Assembly (NCBI RefSeq): GCF_044704955.1
Contig: NC_091982.1
Coordinates: 131,998,001-132,062,000, forward strand
Length of the DNA stretch: 64,000 bases
DNA from: Pristiophorus japonicus
Lineage: Eukaryota
Reading direction: 5' to 3'
Below the pieces are notes generated by a model that was given only the letters and a program-made list of their open reading frames with translations, was not told where the DNA came from and ran no database searches. Each line of letters opens with the position of its first letter. Position 1 is the first letter of the stretch. The position numbers were made by a program, and so were the translations under genes. Of this stretch, positions 14,451-28,500 are shown piece after piece.

Positions 14451-15044
14451 GTTCAGGTACAGAGTAGACACAATGTTCAGGTACAGAGTAGACACAATGT
14501 TCAGGTACAGAGTAGACACATTGTTCAGGTACAGAGTAGACACATTGTTCAGGTACAGAGTAGATACATTGTTCAGGTACAGAGTAGACACATTGTTCAG
14601 GTACAGAGTAGACACAATGTTCAGGTACAGAGTAGACACAATGTTGAGGTACAGAGTAGACACATTGTTCAGGTACAGAGTAGACACATTGTTCAGGTAC
14701 AGAGTAGACACATTGTTCAGGTACAGAGTAGACACAGTGGTCAGGTACAGCGTAGACACGTTGTTCAGGTATAGAGAAGCGACATTGTTCAGGTACAGCG
14801 TAGACACATTGTTCAGCTACAGAGTAAATACATTGTCCAGATACAAGATATCGGCAGTGATCAGGTTCAGTGTAGACACAGTGTTCAGGTACACAGAAGG
14901 CACGGTGTTCAGATACAGAGTAGAAATATTCTTGTAGTGCAGCAAGGAAACATTGTTCAGGTACAGAGTAGAAACATTGTTCAGTTAAAGAGTAGACACA
15001 TTGATTAGGTACAGAATAGACACAGTGTTTGGGCACAGAGTAGA

Positions 15045-16385
15045 CACAGTGTTCAGGGACAGATTAGAGACAGTGTTCAGGTACAGAGTAGCTACATTGT
15101 TCAATACATAATAGAAACATTGTTCAGGTCCAGATAAGTCACATTGTTCATGTCCAGAGTAGACACGATGATCAGGTACAGAGTAGAAACAGTGTTCACG
15201 TACAGAGTAGACACAGTGTTCAGGTGCAGAGTAGACACATTGTTCAATACAGAGTAGACATATTGTTCAGGTGCAGAGTAGACACAATGTTCAGGTATAG
15301 AGTAGACACAATGTTCAGGTACAGAGTAGACACATTGTTCAGATACAGAGTAGATACAGTTTTCAGGTACAGAGTAGACATATTGTTCAGGTACAGAGTA
15401 GACACAATGTTCAGGTACAGAGTAGACACAATGTTCAGGTACAGAGTCGACACATTGTTCAGGTACAGAGTAGATACAGTTTTCAGGTACAGAGTAGACA
15501 CAGTGTTCATGTACAGAGTAGACACATTGTTCAGGTACAGAGTAGACACAGTGTTCAGGTACAGAGTAGACACATTGATCAGGTGCAGAGTAGACACATT
15601 GTTCAGATACCGAGTAGACACAGTGTTCAGTTACAGAGTAGAAACAGTGTTCAGGTACAGTGCAGACACATCGTTCGATCCAGAGCAGTCACATTGTTCA
15701 GGTCCAGAGTAGACACGATGATCAGGTACAGAGTAGACACAGTGTTTAGGTACAGAGTAGACACATTGTTTTGGTACAGAGTAGACACATTGTTCAGGTA
15801 CAGAGTAGACACAATGTTCAGGTACAGAGGAGACACATTGTTCAGGTACAGAGTACACACAGTGTTCAGGGACAGATTAGAGACAGTGTTCAGGTACAGA
15901 GTAGCTACATTGTTCAATACATAATAGAAACATTGTTCAGGTCCAGATAAGTCACATTGTTCATGTCCAGAGTAGACACGATGATCAGGTACAGAGTAGA
16001 AACAGTGTTCACGTACAGAGTAGACACAGTGTTCAGGTGCAGAGTAGACACATTGTTCAATACAGAGTAGACATATTGTTCAGGTGCAGAGTAGACACAA
16101 TGTTCAGGTACAGAGTAGACACAATGTTCAGGTACAGAGTAGACACATTGTTCAGATACAGAGTAGATACAGTTTTCAGGTACAGAGTAGACATATTGTT
16201 CAGGTACAGAGTAGACACAATGTTCAGGTACAGAGTAGACACAATGTTCAGGTACAGAGTCGACACATTGTTCAGGTACAGAGTAGATACAGTTTTCAGG
16301 TACAGAGTAGACACAGTGTTCATGTACAGAGTAGACACATTGTTCAGGTACAGAGTAGACACAGTGTTCAGGTACAGAGTAGACA
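15045..16385. repeat. 813-bp offset duplication within the 24-mer array
   Basis: ORFs at 15224/16037 and 15244/16057; the marker CAATACATAATAGAAAC...GTCCAGATAAGTC occurs twice. Confidence 0.8.
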
Positions 16386-19300
16386 CAATGATCAGGTACA
16401 GTGCAGACACATCGTTCGATCCAGAGCAGTCACATTGTTCAGGTCCAGAGTAGACACGATGATCAGGTACAGAGTAGACACAGTGTTTAGGTACAGAGTA
16501 GACACATTGTTTAGGTACAGAGTAGACACATTGTTCAGGTACAGAGTAGACACAATGTTCAGGTACAGAGGAGACACATTGTTCAGGTACAGAGTAGACA
16601 CAATAATCAGGCACAGAGTAGAAACAGTGTTCATTTACAGAGTATACACAGTGTTCAGGTGCAGTGTAGACACATTGTTGAAGTACAGAGTAGACACATT
16701 GTTCAGGTATAGAGTAGAAACATTTTTCAGATACAGAGTAGATACATTGTTCAAGTACAGAGTAGAAACATTGTTCAGGTGCAGAGTAGAAAACTGTTCA
16801 GGTACAGAGTAGACACATTGTTTGGGTACAGAGTAGAGACATTGTTCAGGTACAGAGGAATAACATTGTTCAGGTACAGAGTAGACACAGTGTTCAGGTA
16901 CAGAGTATACACATTGTTCAGATACAGAGTAGACACTATATTCAGGTACAGAGTAGACACATTTTTTGGGAACAGAGTAGACACATTGTTCAGGTACAGT
17001 GTGGACACATTGTTCAGGTACAGAGTAGAAACATTATTCAGGTACATAGTAGGCACATTGTTCAGGTACAGAGTAGACGCATTGTTTATGTACAGAGTAG
17101 AGAGAGTGTTCAGGTACACAGTAGATACATTGTTCAGATACAGAGTAGACACATTGTTCAGGTACAGAGTAGACACATTCTTTAGGTACAGAGTAGACTC
17201 AGGGACCAGTTACAGTGTAGACACATTGTTCAGGTACAGTGTGGACACATTGTTCAGGTAAAGAGTAGAAACATTTTTCAGGTACATAGTAGGCACATTG
17301 TTTAGGTACAGAGTAGACACATTGTTTATGTATGGAGTAGACACATTGTTCAGGTACAGAGTGGACACATTGTTCAGGTACAGAGTGGACACATTGTTCA
17401 GGTATAGTGGAGAAACATTTTTCAGATACAGAGTGGAAACATTGTTTAGGTACAGAGGAGACAAACTGTTCAGGTACAGAGTAGACACATTGATTGTGTA
17501 CAGAGTAGACACATTGTTCAGGTACAGAGGAGAAACATTGTTCAGGTACAGAGTAGACACATTGTTCAGGTTCAGAGTAGAAACAATGTTCAGGTATAGA
17601 GTAGACAGATTGTTCAATACAGAGTAGACACATTGTTCAGGTACAGAGTAGATACATTGTTCAGCTACAGAGTAGACACATTGTTCAATACAGAGTAGAC
17701 ACATTGTTCAGGTACAGAGGAGACAGATTTTTCAGGTGCAGAGTAGACACATTGTTCAGGTACAGACTAGACACATGGGTTCAGCTACAGAGTAGAGAAA
17801 ATGTTCAGGTCCAGAGTAGACACAATGTTCACGTACAGAGTAGAGACATTGTTTAGGTACAGAGTAGAAACATTGTTAGGTACAGAATAGACAGATTGTT
17901 CAGATACAGTGTAGACACGTTTATCAGGTACAGAGTAGACACAGTTTTCAGGTACAGAGTAGACACACTGTTCTGTTACAGAGTAGACACAGTGTCCAGG
18001 TACAGTGTAGACACATTGTTCAGATACAGAGTCGATACAGTGTTCAGATACAGAGTAGACATATTGTTCAGATACAGAGTAGACACGTTTATCAGGTACA
18101 GAGTAGACACAGTTTTCAGGTACAGAGTAGACACACTGTTCTGTTACAGAGTAGACACAGTGTCCAGGTACAGTGTAGACACATTGTTCAGATACAGAGT
18201 CGATACAGTGTTCAGGTACAGAGTAGACACATTGTTCAGATACAGAGTAGACACATTGTTCAGCTACACAGTAGATACAGTGTTCAGGTACAGAGTAGAC
18301 ACATTCTTAAGTTACAGAGAAGAGAAAGTGTTCAGTTACAGAGTAGACACATTGTTCAGCTGCACAGTAGAAACAATGTTCAGGTATAGAATAGACACAA
18401 TGTTCAGAAACAGAGGAGACAGATTGTTCAGGTACAGAGTAGACACATTGTTCAGGTACAGACGAGACACACGGGTTCAGCTACAGAGTAGAGAAAGTGT
18501 TCAGGTACAGAGTAGACACAGTGTTCAGGAACAGAGTAGAAACTTTGTTCAGGTACAGATCAGACTCATTGTTCGCGTACAGAGTAGAGACATTGTTTAG
18601 TATAGAGTAGAAACATTGTTAGGTACAGAGTAGACACGTTTATCAGGTACAGAGTAGACACAGTGTTCAGGTACAGAGTAGACACACAGTTCAGGTACAG
18701 AGTAGACATTGTGTTCAGGTACAGAGTAGACACATTGTTCAGGTACAGAGTAGACACATTGTTCAGGTACAGAGTAGACACATTGTTTGGATACAGAGTA
18801 GACACATTATTCAGGTACAGAGTAGACACATTGTTTGGATACAGAGTAGACACATTATTCAGGTACAGAGTCAACACATTGTTCAGGTGCAGAGTAGACA
18901 CATTGTTCAGATGCACAGTAGAACAGTGTTCAGGTACAGAGTAGACACATTCTTCAGGTAGAGAGTAGACACATTGTCTGTGTATGGAGTGGACACATTG
19001 TTCATGTACAGAGTAGACACATTGATCAGGTACAGAGTAGAAACAGTGTTCCGGTACAGAGTAGACACAGTGTTCAGCTACAGTGTAGACACATTGTTGA
19101 GGTACAGATTTGACACATTTTTCAGATACAGAGTAGATACTTTGTTCAAGTACAGAGTTGAAACATTGCTCAGGTACAGAGTAGACAAACTGTTCAGGTA
19201 AAGAGTAGACACATTGTTTGGCTACAGAGTAGACTCATTTTTCATGTACAGGGGAGAAACATTGTTCAGGTACAAAGTAGATACATTGTTCAGGTATAGA

Positions 19301-19526
19301 GTAGACACAGTGTTCAGGTACAGAGGAGACACAATGTTCAGGTACATGGTAGTCACATTGCTCAGGTACAGAGTAGACACATTGTTCAGGTACAGAGGAG
19401 ACACAATGTTCAGGTACAGAGTCGACACACTGTTCAGGTACAGAGGAGACACAATGTTCAGGTACATGGTAGTCACATTGCTCAGGTGCAGAGTAGACAC
19501 ATTGTTCAGGTACAGTGGAGACACAA

Positions 19527-22500
19527 TGTTCAGGTACAGAGTCGACACACTGTTCAGGTACAGAGGAGACACAATGTTCAGGTACATGGTAGTCACATTG
19601 CTCAGGTACAGAGTAGACACATTGCTCAGGTACAGAGTAGACACAATGTTCAGGTACAGAGTCGACACATTGTTCAGGTACAGAGTAGAAACAGTATTCA
19701 GGTACAGAGTAGACACAGTTGCCAGGTACAGAGTAGATACATTGTTTAGGTATAGAGAAGAGATTCTGTTCAGGTACAGAGTAGACACATTGTTCAGCAA
19801 CAGAGTAAACACCTTGTCCAGATATAAGATATAGACAGTGTTCAGGTTCAGTGTAGACCTACAGTGTTCAGGTACACAGAAGGCACGGTGTTCAGGCACA
19901 GAGTAGACATATTCTTGTAGTACAGCAAGGAAACATTGTTCAGGTACAGAGTAGAAGCATTGTTCAGGTAAAGAGTAGACACATTGTTTAGGTACAGAGT
20001 AGACACAGTGTTTGGGCACAGAGTAGAAACAGTGTTCAGGGACAGAGTAGACACATTGTTCAATACATAATAGACACATTGTTCAGGTACAGAACAGTCA
20101 CATTGTTCAGGTCCAGAGTAGACATGATGATCAGATACAGAGTAGAAACAGTGTTCACGCACAGAGTAGACACAGTGTTCAGGTACAGAGGAGACACATT
20201 GTTCAATACAGAGTAGACAAAGTGTTCAGGTACAGAGTAGACACAATGTTCAGGTACAGAGTAGACACATTGTTCAATACAGAGTAGACACAGTGTCCAG
20301 GTACAGAGTAGACACAGTATTTAGGTACAGAGTAGACACAGTGTTCAGGTACAGAGTAGAAACAGTGTTCATGTACAGAGTAGACACATTGTTCTAGTAC
20401 AGAGCAGACACATTGTTTAGGTACAGTGGAGACACATTGTTCAGATACAGAGTAGACACATTGTTCAGGTCCAGAGGAGAGACATTGATCAGGTACAGAG
20501 TAGACACATTGTTCAGGTGCACAGTAGACACAGTGTTCAGGTACACAGTAGACACATTCCTCAGGTACAGAGTAGACACATTGTCTGTGTACAGAGTAGA
20601 CACATTTTCATGTACAGAGCAGCCACATTGTTCAGGTACAGTGTAGACACATTGTTGAGGTACAGAGTAGACACATTGTTCAGGTATAGAGTAGAAACAT
20701 TTTTCAGATACAGAGCAGATACATTGTTCAAGTACAGAGTTGAAACATTGTTCAGGTACAGAGTAGAAAACTGTTCAGGTACAGAGTAGACACATTTTTT
20801 GGGAGCAGATTGGGCACATTGTTCAGGTACAGAGCAGATACATTGTTCAGGTACAGGGGCGACACATTGTTCAAGTACAGGGTAGACACAGTGTTCAGCT
20901 ACAGAGTCGAAACATTGTTCAGGTACAGAGAAGACACATTGTTCAGGTACTGTGTAGACACAGAGTTCAGGTACAGAGTAGACACATTGTTTATGTACAG
21001 AGTAGAGAGAGTGTTCAGGTACAGAGTAAATACATTGTTCAGATACAGAGCAGATACATTGTTCAGGTACAGAGTAGACACATTGTTTAGGTACAGAGTA
21101 GAAACATTTTTCAGGTACATAGTAGGCACATTGTTTCGGTACAGATTGGACACATTGTTCAGGTACAGAGTGGACACATTGTTCAGGTTCAGAGTGGCAC
21201 ATTGTTCAGGTACAGAGTAGACATAGTGTTCAGCTACAGTGTAGACACATTGTTGAGGTACTTAGTAGAAACATTGTTCAGGTACAGAGTTGACAATCTG
21301 TTCAGGTACAGAGTAGACACATCGTTTGTGCACAGAGTAGACACATTGTTGAGGTACAGAGTAGAAAAACTGTTCAGGTACAGAGTAGACACAGTGTTCA
21401 GGTACACAGTAGACACATTGGTCAGGTACAGAGTAGACACATTCATTAGGTACAGAGTGGACCCGGGGACCAGTTACAGTGTAGACACATTGTTTAGGTA
21501 CAGAGTAGACACATTGTTTCGGTACAGAGTAGACACAGGGTTCAGGTACAGAGTAGACACATTGTTCTGGTACAGATTAGACACATTGTACAGTGTTTAT
21601 GTACAGAGTAGACACATTGTTTAGGTACAGAGTAGACACAGGGTTCAGGTACAGAGTAGACACATTGTTCAGGTGCAGAGCAGACACATTGTTTAGGTAC
21701 AGAGTAGACACAGTGTTCAGGTACATAGTAGACATATTGTTCAAGTACAGAGTAGACACATTGTTCAGGTACAGAGTCGACACTTTGTTCAGGTACAGAG
21801 TAGACACATTGTTCAGGTACAGAGTAGACACATTGTTCAGGTACAGAGTAGACACAATGATCAGGCACAGAGTAGAAACAGTGTTCAGGTACAGAGTAGA
21901 CACAGTGTTCAGGAACAGAGTAGAAACTTTGTTCAGGTACAGATCAGACTCATTGTTCGCGTACAGAGTAGAGACATTGTTTAGTATAGAGTAGAAACAT
22001 TGTTAGGTACAGAGTAGACACAGTGTTCAGGTACAGAGTAGACACACAGTTCAGGTACAGAGTAGACACAGTGTTCAGGTACAGTGCAGATACATCATTC
22101 CGGTAGAGAGTAGACACATTATTCAGGTACAGAGTAGACATTGTGTTCAGGTACAGAGTAGACACATTGTTCAGGTACAGAGTAGACATTGTGTTCAGGT
22201 ACAGAGTAGACACATTGTTCAGGTACAGAGTAGACACATTGTTCAGGTACAGAGTAGACACATTGTTTGGATACAGAGTAGACACATTATTCAGGTACAG
22301 AGTCAACACATTGTTCAGGTGCAGAGTAGACACATTGTTCAGGTGCACAGTAGAACAGTGTTCAGGTACAGAGTAGACACATTCTTCAGGTAGAGAGTAG
22401 ACACATTGTCTGTGTACGGAGTGGACACATTGTTCATGTACAGAGTAGACACATTGATCAGGTACAGAGTAGAAACAGTGTTCCGGTACAGAGTAGACAC

Positions 22501-25500
22501 AGTGTTCAGGTACAGAGTGGACACATTGTTCAGGTTCAGAGTGGCACATTGTTCAGGTACAGAGCAGACACAGTGTTCAGCTACAGTGTAGACACATTGT
22601 TGAGGTACTGAGTAGACACATTGTTCAGGTGCAGAGTAGAAACATTTTTCAGATACAGAGTAGAAACATTGTTCAGGTACAGAGTTGACAATCTGTTCAG
22701 GTACAGAGTAGACACATTGTTTGTGCACAGAGTAGACACATTGTTCAGGTACACAGTAGACACATTGTTCAGGTACAGAGTCGACACATTCATTAGGTAC
22801 AGAGTGGACCCGAGGACCAGTTACAGTGTAGACACATTGTTTAGGTACAGAGTAGACACATTGTTTCGGTACAGAGTAGAAACAGTGTCCATCTACAGAG
22901 TAGACACATTGTTCTGGTACAGAGTAGACACATTGTACAGTGTTCAGGTGCAGAGCAGACACATTGTTTAGGTAGAGAGTAGACAGATTGTTCAGGGTCA
23001 AAGTAGACACCTTGTTCAGGTATCGAGTAGACACAGTGTTCAGGTACATAGTAGACATATTGTTCAGGTACAGAGTAGACACATTGTTCAGGTACAGAGT
23101 AGACACATTGTTCAGGTACAGAGTAGACACATTGTTCAGGTACAGAGTAGACACATTGTTCAGGTACAGAGTAGAAGCTTTGTTTAGGTACAGAGTAGAC
23201 ACATTGTTCAGGTACAGAGTAGACATATTGTTCAGGTACAGAGTAGACACATTGTTCAGGTACAGAGTAGAAGCTTTGTTTAGGTACAGAGTAGACACAT
23301 TGTTTAGGTACAGAGTAGAAGCTTTGTTTAGGTACAGAGTAGACACATTGTTCAGGTACAGAGTAGACACATTGTTCAGGTACAGAGTAGACACATTGTT
23401 CAGGTACAGAGTAGAAGCTTTGTTTAGGTATAGAGTAGAAACAGTGTCCATGTACAGAGTAGACACATTGTTCTGGTCCAGAGTTGACACATTGTACAGT
23501 GTTTATGTACAGAGTAGACACAGGGTTCAGGTACAGAGTAGACACATTGTTCAGGTGTATAGCAGACACATTGTTTAGGTACAGAGTAGACAGATCGTTC
23601 AGGGTCAAAGTAGACACATTATTCAGGTGTAGATTAGACACTGTGTTCAGGTACAGAGTCGACACATTGTTCAGGTACAGAGTAGAAACAGTGTTCAGGT
23701 ACAGAGTAGACACATTGTTCAGGTACAGAGTAGACACAATGTTCAGGTACAGAGTAGACACATTGATCAGGTGCAGAGTAGACACATTGTCCAGATACCG
23801 AGTAGACACAGTGTTCAGTTACAGAGTAGAAACAGTGTTCAGGTACAGTGCAGACACATCGTTCGATCCAGAGCAGTCACATTGTTCAGGTCCAGAGTAG
23901 ACACGATGATCAGGTACAGAGTAGACACAGTGTCTAGGTACAGAGTAGACACATTGTTTAGGTACAGAGTAGACACATTGTTCAGGTACAGAGTAGACAC
24001 AATGTTCAGGTACAGAGGAGACACATTGTTCAGGTACAGAGTAGACACAATGATCAGGCACAGAGTAGAAACAGTGTTCATTTACAGAGTAGACACAGTG
24101 TTCAGGTGCAGTGTAGACACATTGTTGAGGTACAGAGTAGACACATTGTTCAGGTATAGAGTAGAAACATTTTTCAGATACAGAGTAGATACATTGTTCA
24201 AGTACAGAGTAGAAACATTGTTCAGGTGCAGAGTAGAAAACTGTTCAGGTACAGAGTAGACACATTGCTTGGGTACAGAGTAGAGACATTGTTCAGGTAC
24301 AGAGGAGAAACATTGTTCAGGTACAGAGTAGACACAGTGTTCAGGTACAGAGTAGACACATTGTTCAGGTACAGAGTAGACACTATATTCAGGTACAGAG
24401 TAGACACATTTTTTGGGAACAGAGTAGACACATTGTTCAGGTACAGTGTGGACACATTGTTCAGGTACAGAGTAGAAACATTATTCAGGTACATAGTAGG
24501 CACATTGTTCAGGTACAGAGTAGACACATTGTTTAGGTACAGAGTAGAGAGAGTGTTCAGGTACACAGTAGATACATAGTTCAGATACAGAGTAGACACA
24601 TTGTTCAGGTACAGAGTAGACATATTCTTTAGGTACAGAGTAGACTCAGGGACCAGTTACAGTGTAGACACATTGTTCAGGTACAGTGTGGACACATTGT
24701 TCAGGTAAAGAGTAGAAACATTTTTCAGGTACATAGTAGGCACATTGTTTAGGTACAGAGTAGACACATTGTTTATGTACGGAGTAGACACATTGTTCAG
24801 GTACAGAGTGGACACATTGTTCAGGTACAGAGTGGACACATTGTTCAGGTATAGTGGAGAAACATTTTTCAGATACAGAGTGGAAACATTGTTTAGGTAC
24901 AGAGGAGACAAACTGTTCAGGTACAGAGTAGACACATTGATTGTGTACAGAGTAGACACATTGTTCAGGTACAGAGGAGAAACATTGTTCAGGTACAGAG
25001 TAGACACATTGTTCAGGTTCAGAGTAGAAACAATGTTCAGGTATAGAGTAGACAGATTGTTCAATACAGAGTAGACACATTGTTCAGGTACAGAGTAGAT
25101 ACATTGTTCAGCTACAGAGTAGACACATTGTTCAATACAGAGTAGACACATTGTTCAGGTACAGAGGAGACAGATTTTTCAGGTGCAGAGTAGACACATT
25201 GTTCAGGTACAGACTAGACACATGGGTTCAGCTACAGAGTAGAGAAAGTGTTCAGCTCCAGAGTAGACACAATGTTCACGTACAGAGTAGAGACATTGTT
25301 TAGGTACAGAGTAGAAACATTGTTAGGTACAGAATAGACAGATTGTTCAGATACAGTGTAGACACGTTTATCAGATAAAGAGTAGACACAGTTTTCAGAT
25401 ACAGAGTCGATACAGTGTTCAGATACAGAGTAGACACATTGTTCAGGTACAGAGTAGACACATTGTTCAGATACAGAGTAGACACATTTTTTGGGAACAG

Positions 25501-28500
25501 AGTAGACACATTGTTCAGGTACAGAGCAGATACATTCTTCAGGTACAGTGGCGACACATTGTTCAGGTACAGAGTAGAAACAGTGTTCAGCTACAGAGTC
25601 GAAACATTGTTCAGGTACGGAGAAGACACATTGTTCAGGTACAGAGTAGACACAGTGTTCAGGTACAGAGTAGACACATTGTTTATGAACAGAGTAGACA
25701 CATTTTTCAGGTACAGAGGAGACACATTGTTTAGGTACAGAGTAGACACATTGTTTAGGTACAGAGTAGACACAGTGTTCAGGTACAGAGTAGACACATT
25801 GTTCAGATACAGAGTGGACACGATGATCAGGCACAGAGTAGAAACAGTGTTCAGGTACAGAGTAGACACAGTGTTCAGGTACAGAGTAGACACAGTATTC
25901 AGGTACAGAGTAGACACAGTGTTCAGGTACAGAGTAGACACAGTGTTCATGTACAGAGTAGACACATTGTTCAGGTACAGAGTAGACACAGTGTTCAGGT
26001 ACAGAGTAGACACATTGTTCAATACAGAGCAGACACATTGTTCAGGTGCAGAGTCGAAACTGTGTCCAGGTACAGTGCAGACACATCGTTCAGGTAGAGA
26101 GTTGTCACATTGTTCAGGTACAGAGCAGACACATTTTTGAGATACAGAATAGACACAGTATTCAGGTACAGAGTAGACATTGTGTTCAGGTACAGATTAG
26201 ACACATTTTTCAGGTACAGAGTTGACACATTGTTCAGGTACAGAGTAGACACCGCATTCAGGTACAGAGTAGAATCATTGTTCTGGTACAGATTCGACAC
26301 ATTGTTCAGGTACAGAGTAGACACAATGTTCAGGTACAGAGTAGACACATTGTTCAGCTACAGAGTAAACACATTGTCCAGATATTAGATATAGGCAGTG
26401 TTCAGGTTCAGTGTAGACACAGTGTTCAGGTACACAGAAGGCACGGTGTTCAGGCACAGAGTAGACATATTCTTGTAGTACAGCAAGGAAACATTGTTCA
26501 GCTACAGAGTAGAAACATTGTTCAGGTAGAGAGTAGACTCATCGTTTAGGTACAGAGTACACACATTGTTTGGTCACATAGTAGACAGTTTTCAGGGACA
26601 GAGTAGAGACAGTGTTCAGGTACAGAGTAGCTACATTGTTCAGGTACAGAGTAGACACATTGTTCAGGTACAGAGTAGACACATTGTACAGGTACAGAGT
26701 AGACACATTGTTCAGGTACAGAGTAGACACATTGTACAGGTACAGAGTAGACACATTGTTCAGGTACAGAGTAGACACATTGTAAAGGTACAGAGTAGAC
26801 ACATTGTTCAGGTACAGAGTAGACACAATGTTCAGGTACAGAGTAGACAGATTGTTCAGATACAGAGTAGACACATTGTTCAGATACAGAGTAGACACGG
26901 TGTTCAGGTACAGAGTAGACACAGTGTTCAGATACAGAGTAGACATGATGATCAGGTACAGAGTAGACATGGTGTTCAGGTACAGAGTAGACACAGTGTT
27001 CATGTACAGAGTAGACACAGTGTTCATGTACAGACTAGACACATTGTTCAAGTGCAGAGCTGACACATTGTTCAAGTACAGAGCAGACACATTGTTCAGA
27101 TACAGAGTAGACACATTGTTCAGGTACAGAGTAGACACATTGTTCATGTACAGAGTGGACACATTATTCAGGTACAGAGTAGACACATTGTTCAGGTACA
27201 GAGTGGATACACTGTTCAGGTACAGAGTGGGCACATTGTTCAGGTACAGAGCGGATACACTGTTCAGGTACAGAGTGGGCACATTGTTCATGTACAGAGT
27301 AGATACAGTGTTCAGGTACAGTGTAGACACATTGTTCAGGTATAGAGTAGAAACATTTTTCAGATACAGAGTAGATACATTGTTCAAGTACAGAGTAGAA
27401 ACATTGTTCAGGTACAGAGTAGAAAACTGTTCAGGTACAGAGTAGACACATTGTTCAAGTACAGAGTAGAAACATTGTTCAGGTACAGAGTAGAAAACTG
27501 TTCAGGTACAGAGTAGACACATTGTTTGGGTACAGAGAAGAAACATTGTTCAGGTATACAGTAGACACAGTGTTCAGGTACAGAGTAGACACATTGTTCA
27601 GGTACAAAGTAGACACATTTTTTGGGAACAGAGTAGACACATTGTTCAGGTACAGAGCAGATACATTCTTCAGGTACAGGGGCGACACATTGTTCAGGTA
27701 CAGAGTAGAAACAGTGTTCAGCTACAGAGTCGAAACATTGTTCAGGTACGGAGAAGACACATTGTTCAGGTACAGAGTAGACACAGTGTTCAGGTACAGA
27801 GTAGACACATTGTTTATGAACAGAGTAGACACATTTTTCAGGTACAGAGGAGACACATTGTTTAGGTACAGAGTAGACATATTGTTTAGGTACAGAGTAG
27901 GCACAGTGTTCAGGTACAGAGTAGACACATTGTTCAGGTACAGAGTAGAAACAGTGTTCACGAACAGAGGAGACACAGTGTTCAGGTACAGAGTAGACAC
28001 ATTGTTCAGATACAGAGTAGACACGATGATCAGGCACAGAGTAGAAACAGTGTTCAGGTACAGAGTAGACACATTTTTCAGGTACAGAGGAGACACATTG
28101 TTTAGGTACAGAGTAGACACATTGTTTAGGTACAGAGTAGACACATTGTTCAGGTACAGAGTAGACACATTGTTCAGGTACAGAGTAGACACATTGTCCA
28201 GGTACAGAGTAGACACATTGTTCAGGTACAGAATAGACACATTGTTCAGGTACAGAGTAGACACAATATTCAGGTACAGAGTAGACACAATGTTCAGATA
28301 CAGAGTAGACACAGTGTTCAGATACAGAGTAGACATGATGATCAGGTACAGAGTAGACACGGTGTTCAGGTACAGAGTAGACACAGTGTTCAGATACAGA
28401 GTAGACATGATGATCAGGTACAGAGTAGACATGGTGTTCAGGTACAAAGTAGACACAGTGTTCATGTACAGATTAGACACATTGTTCAAGTACAGAGCAG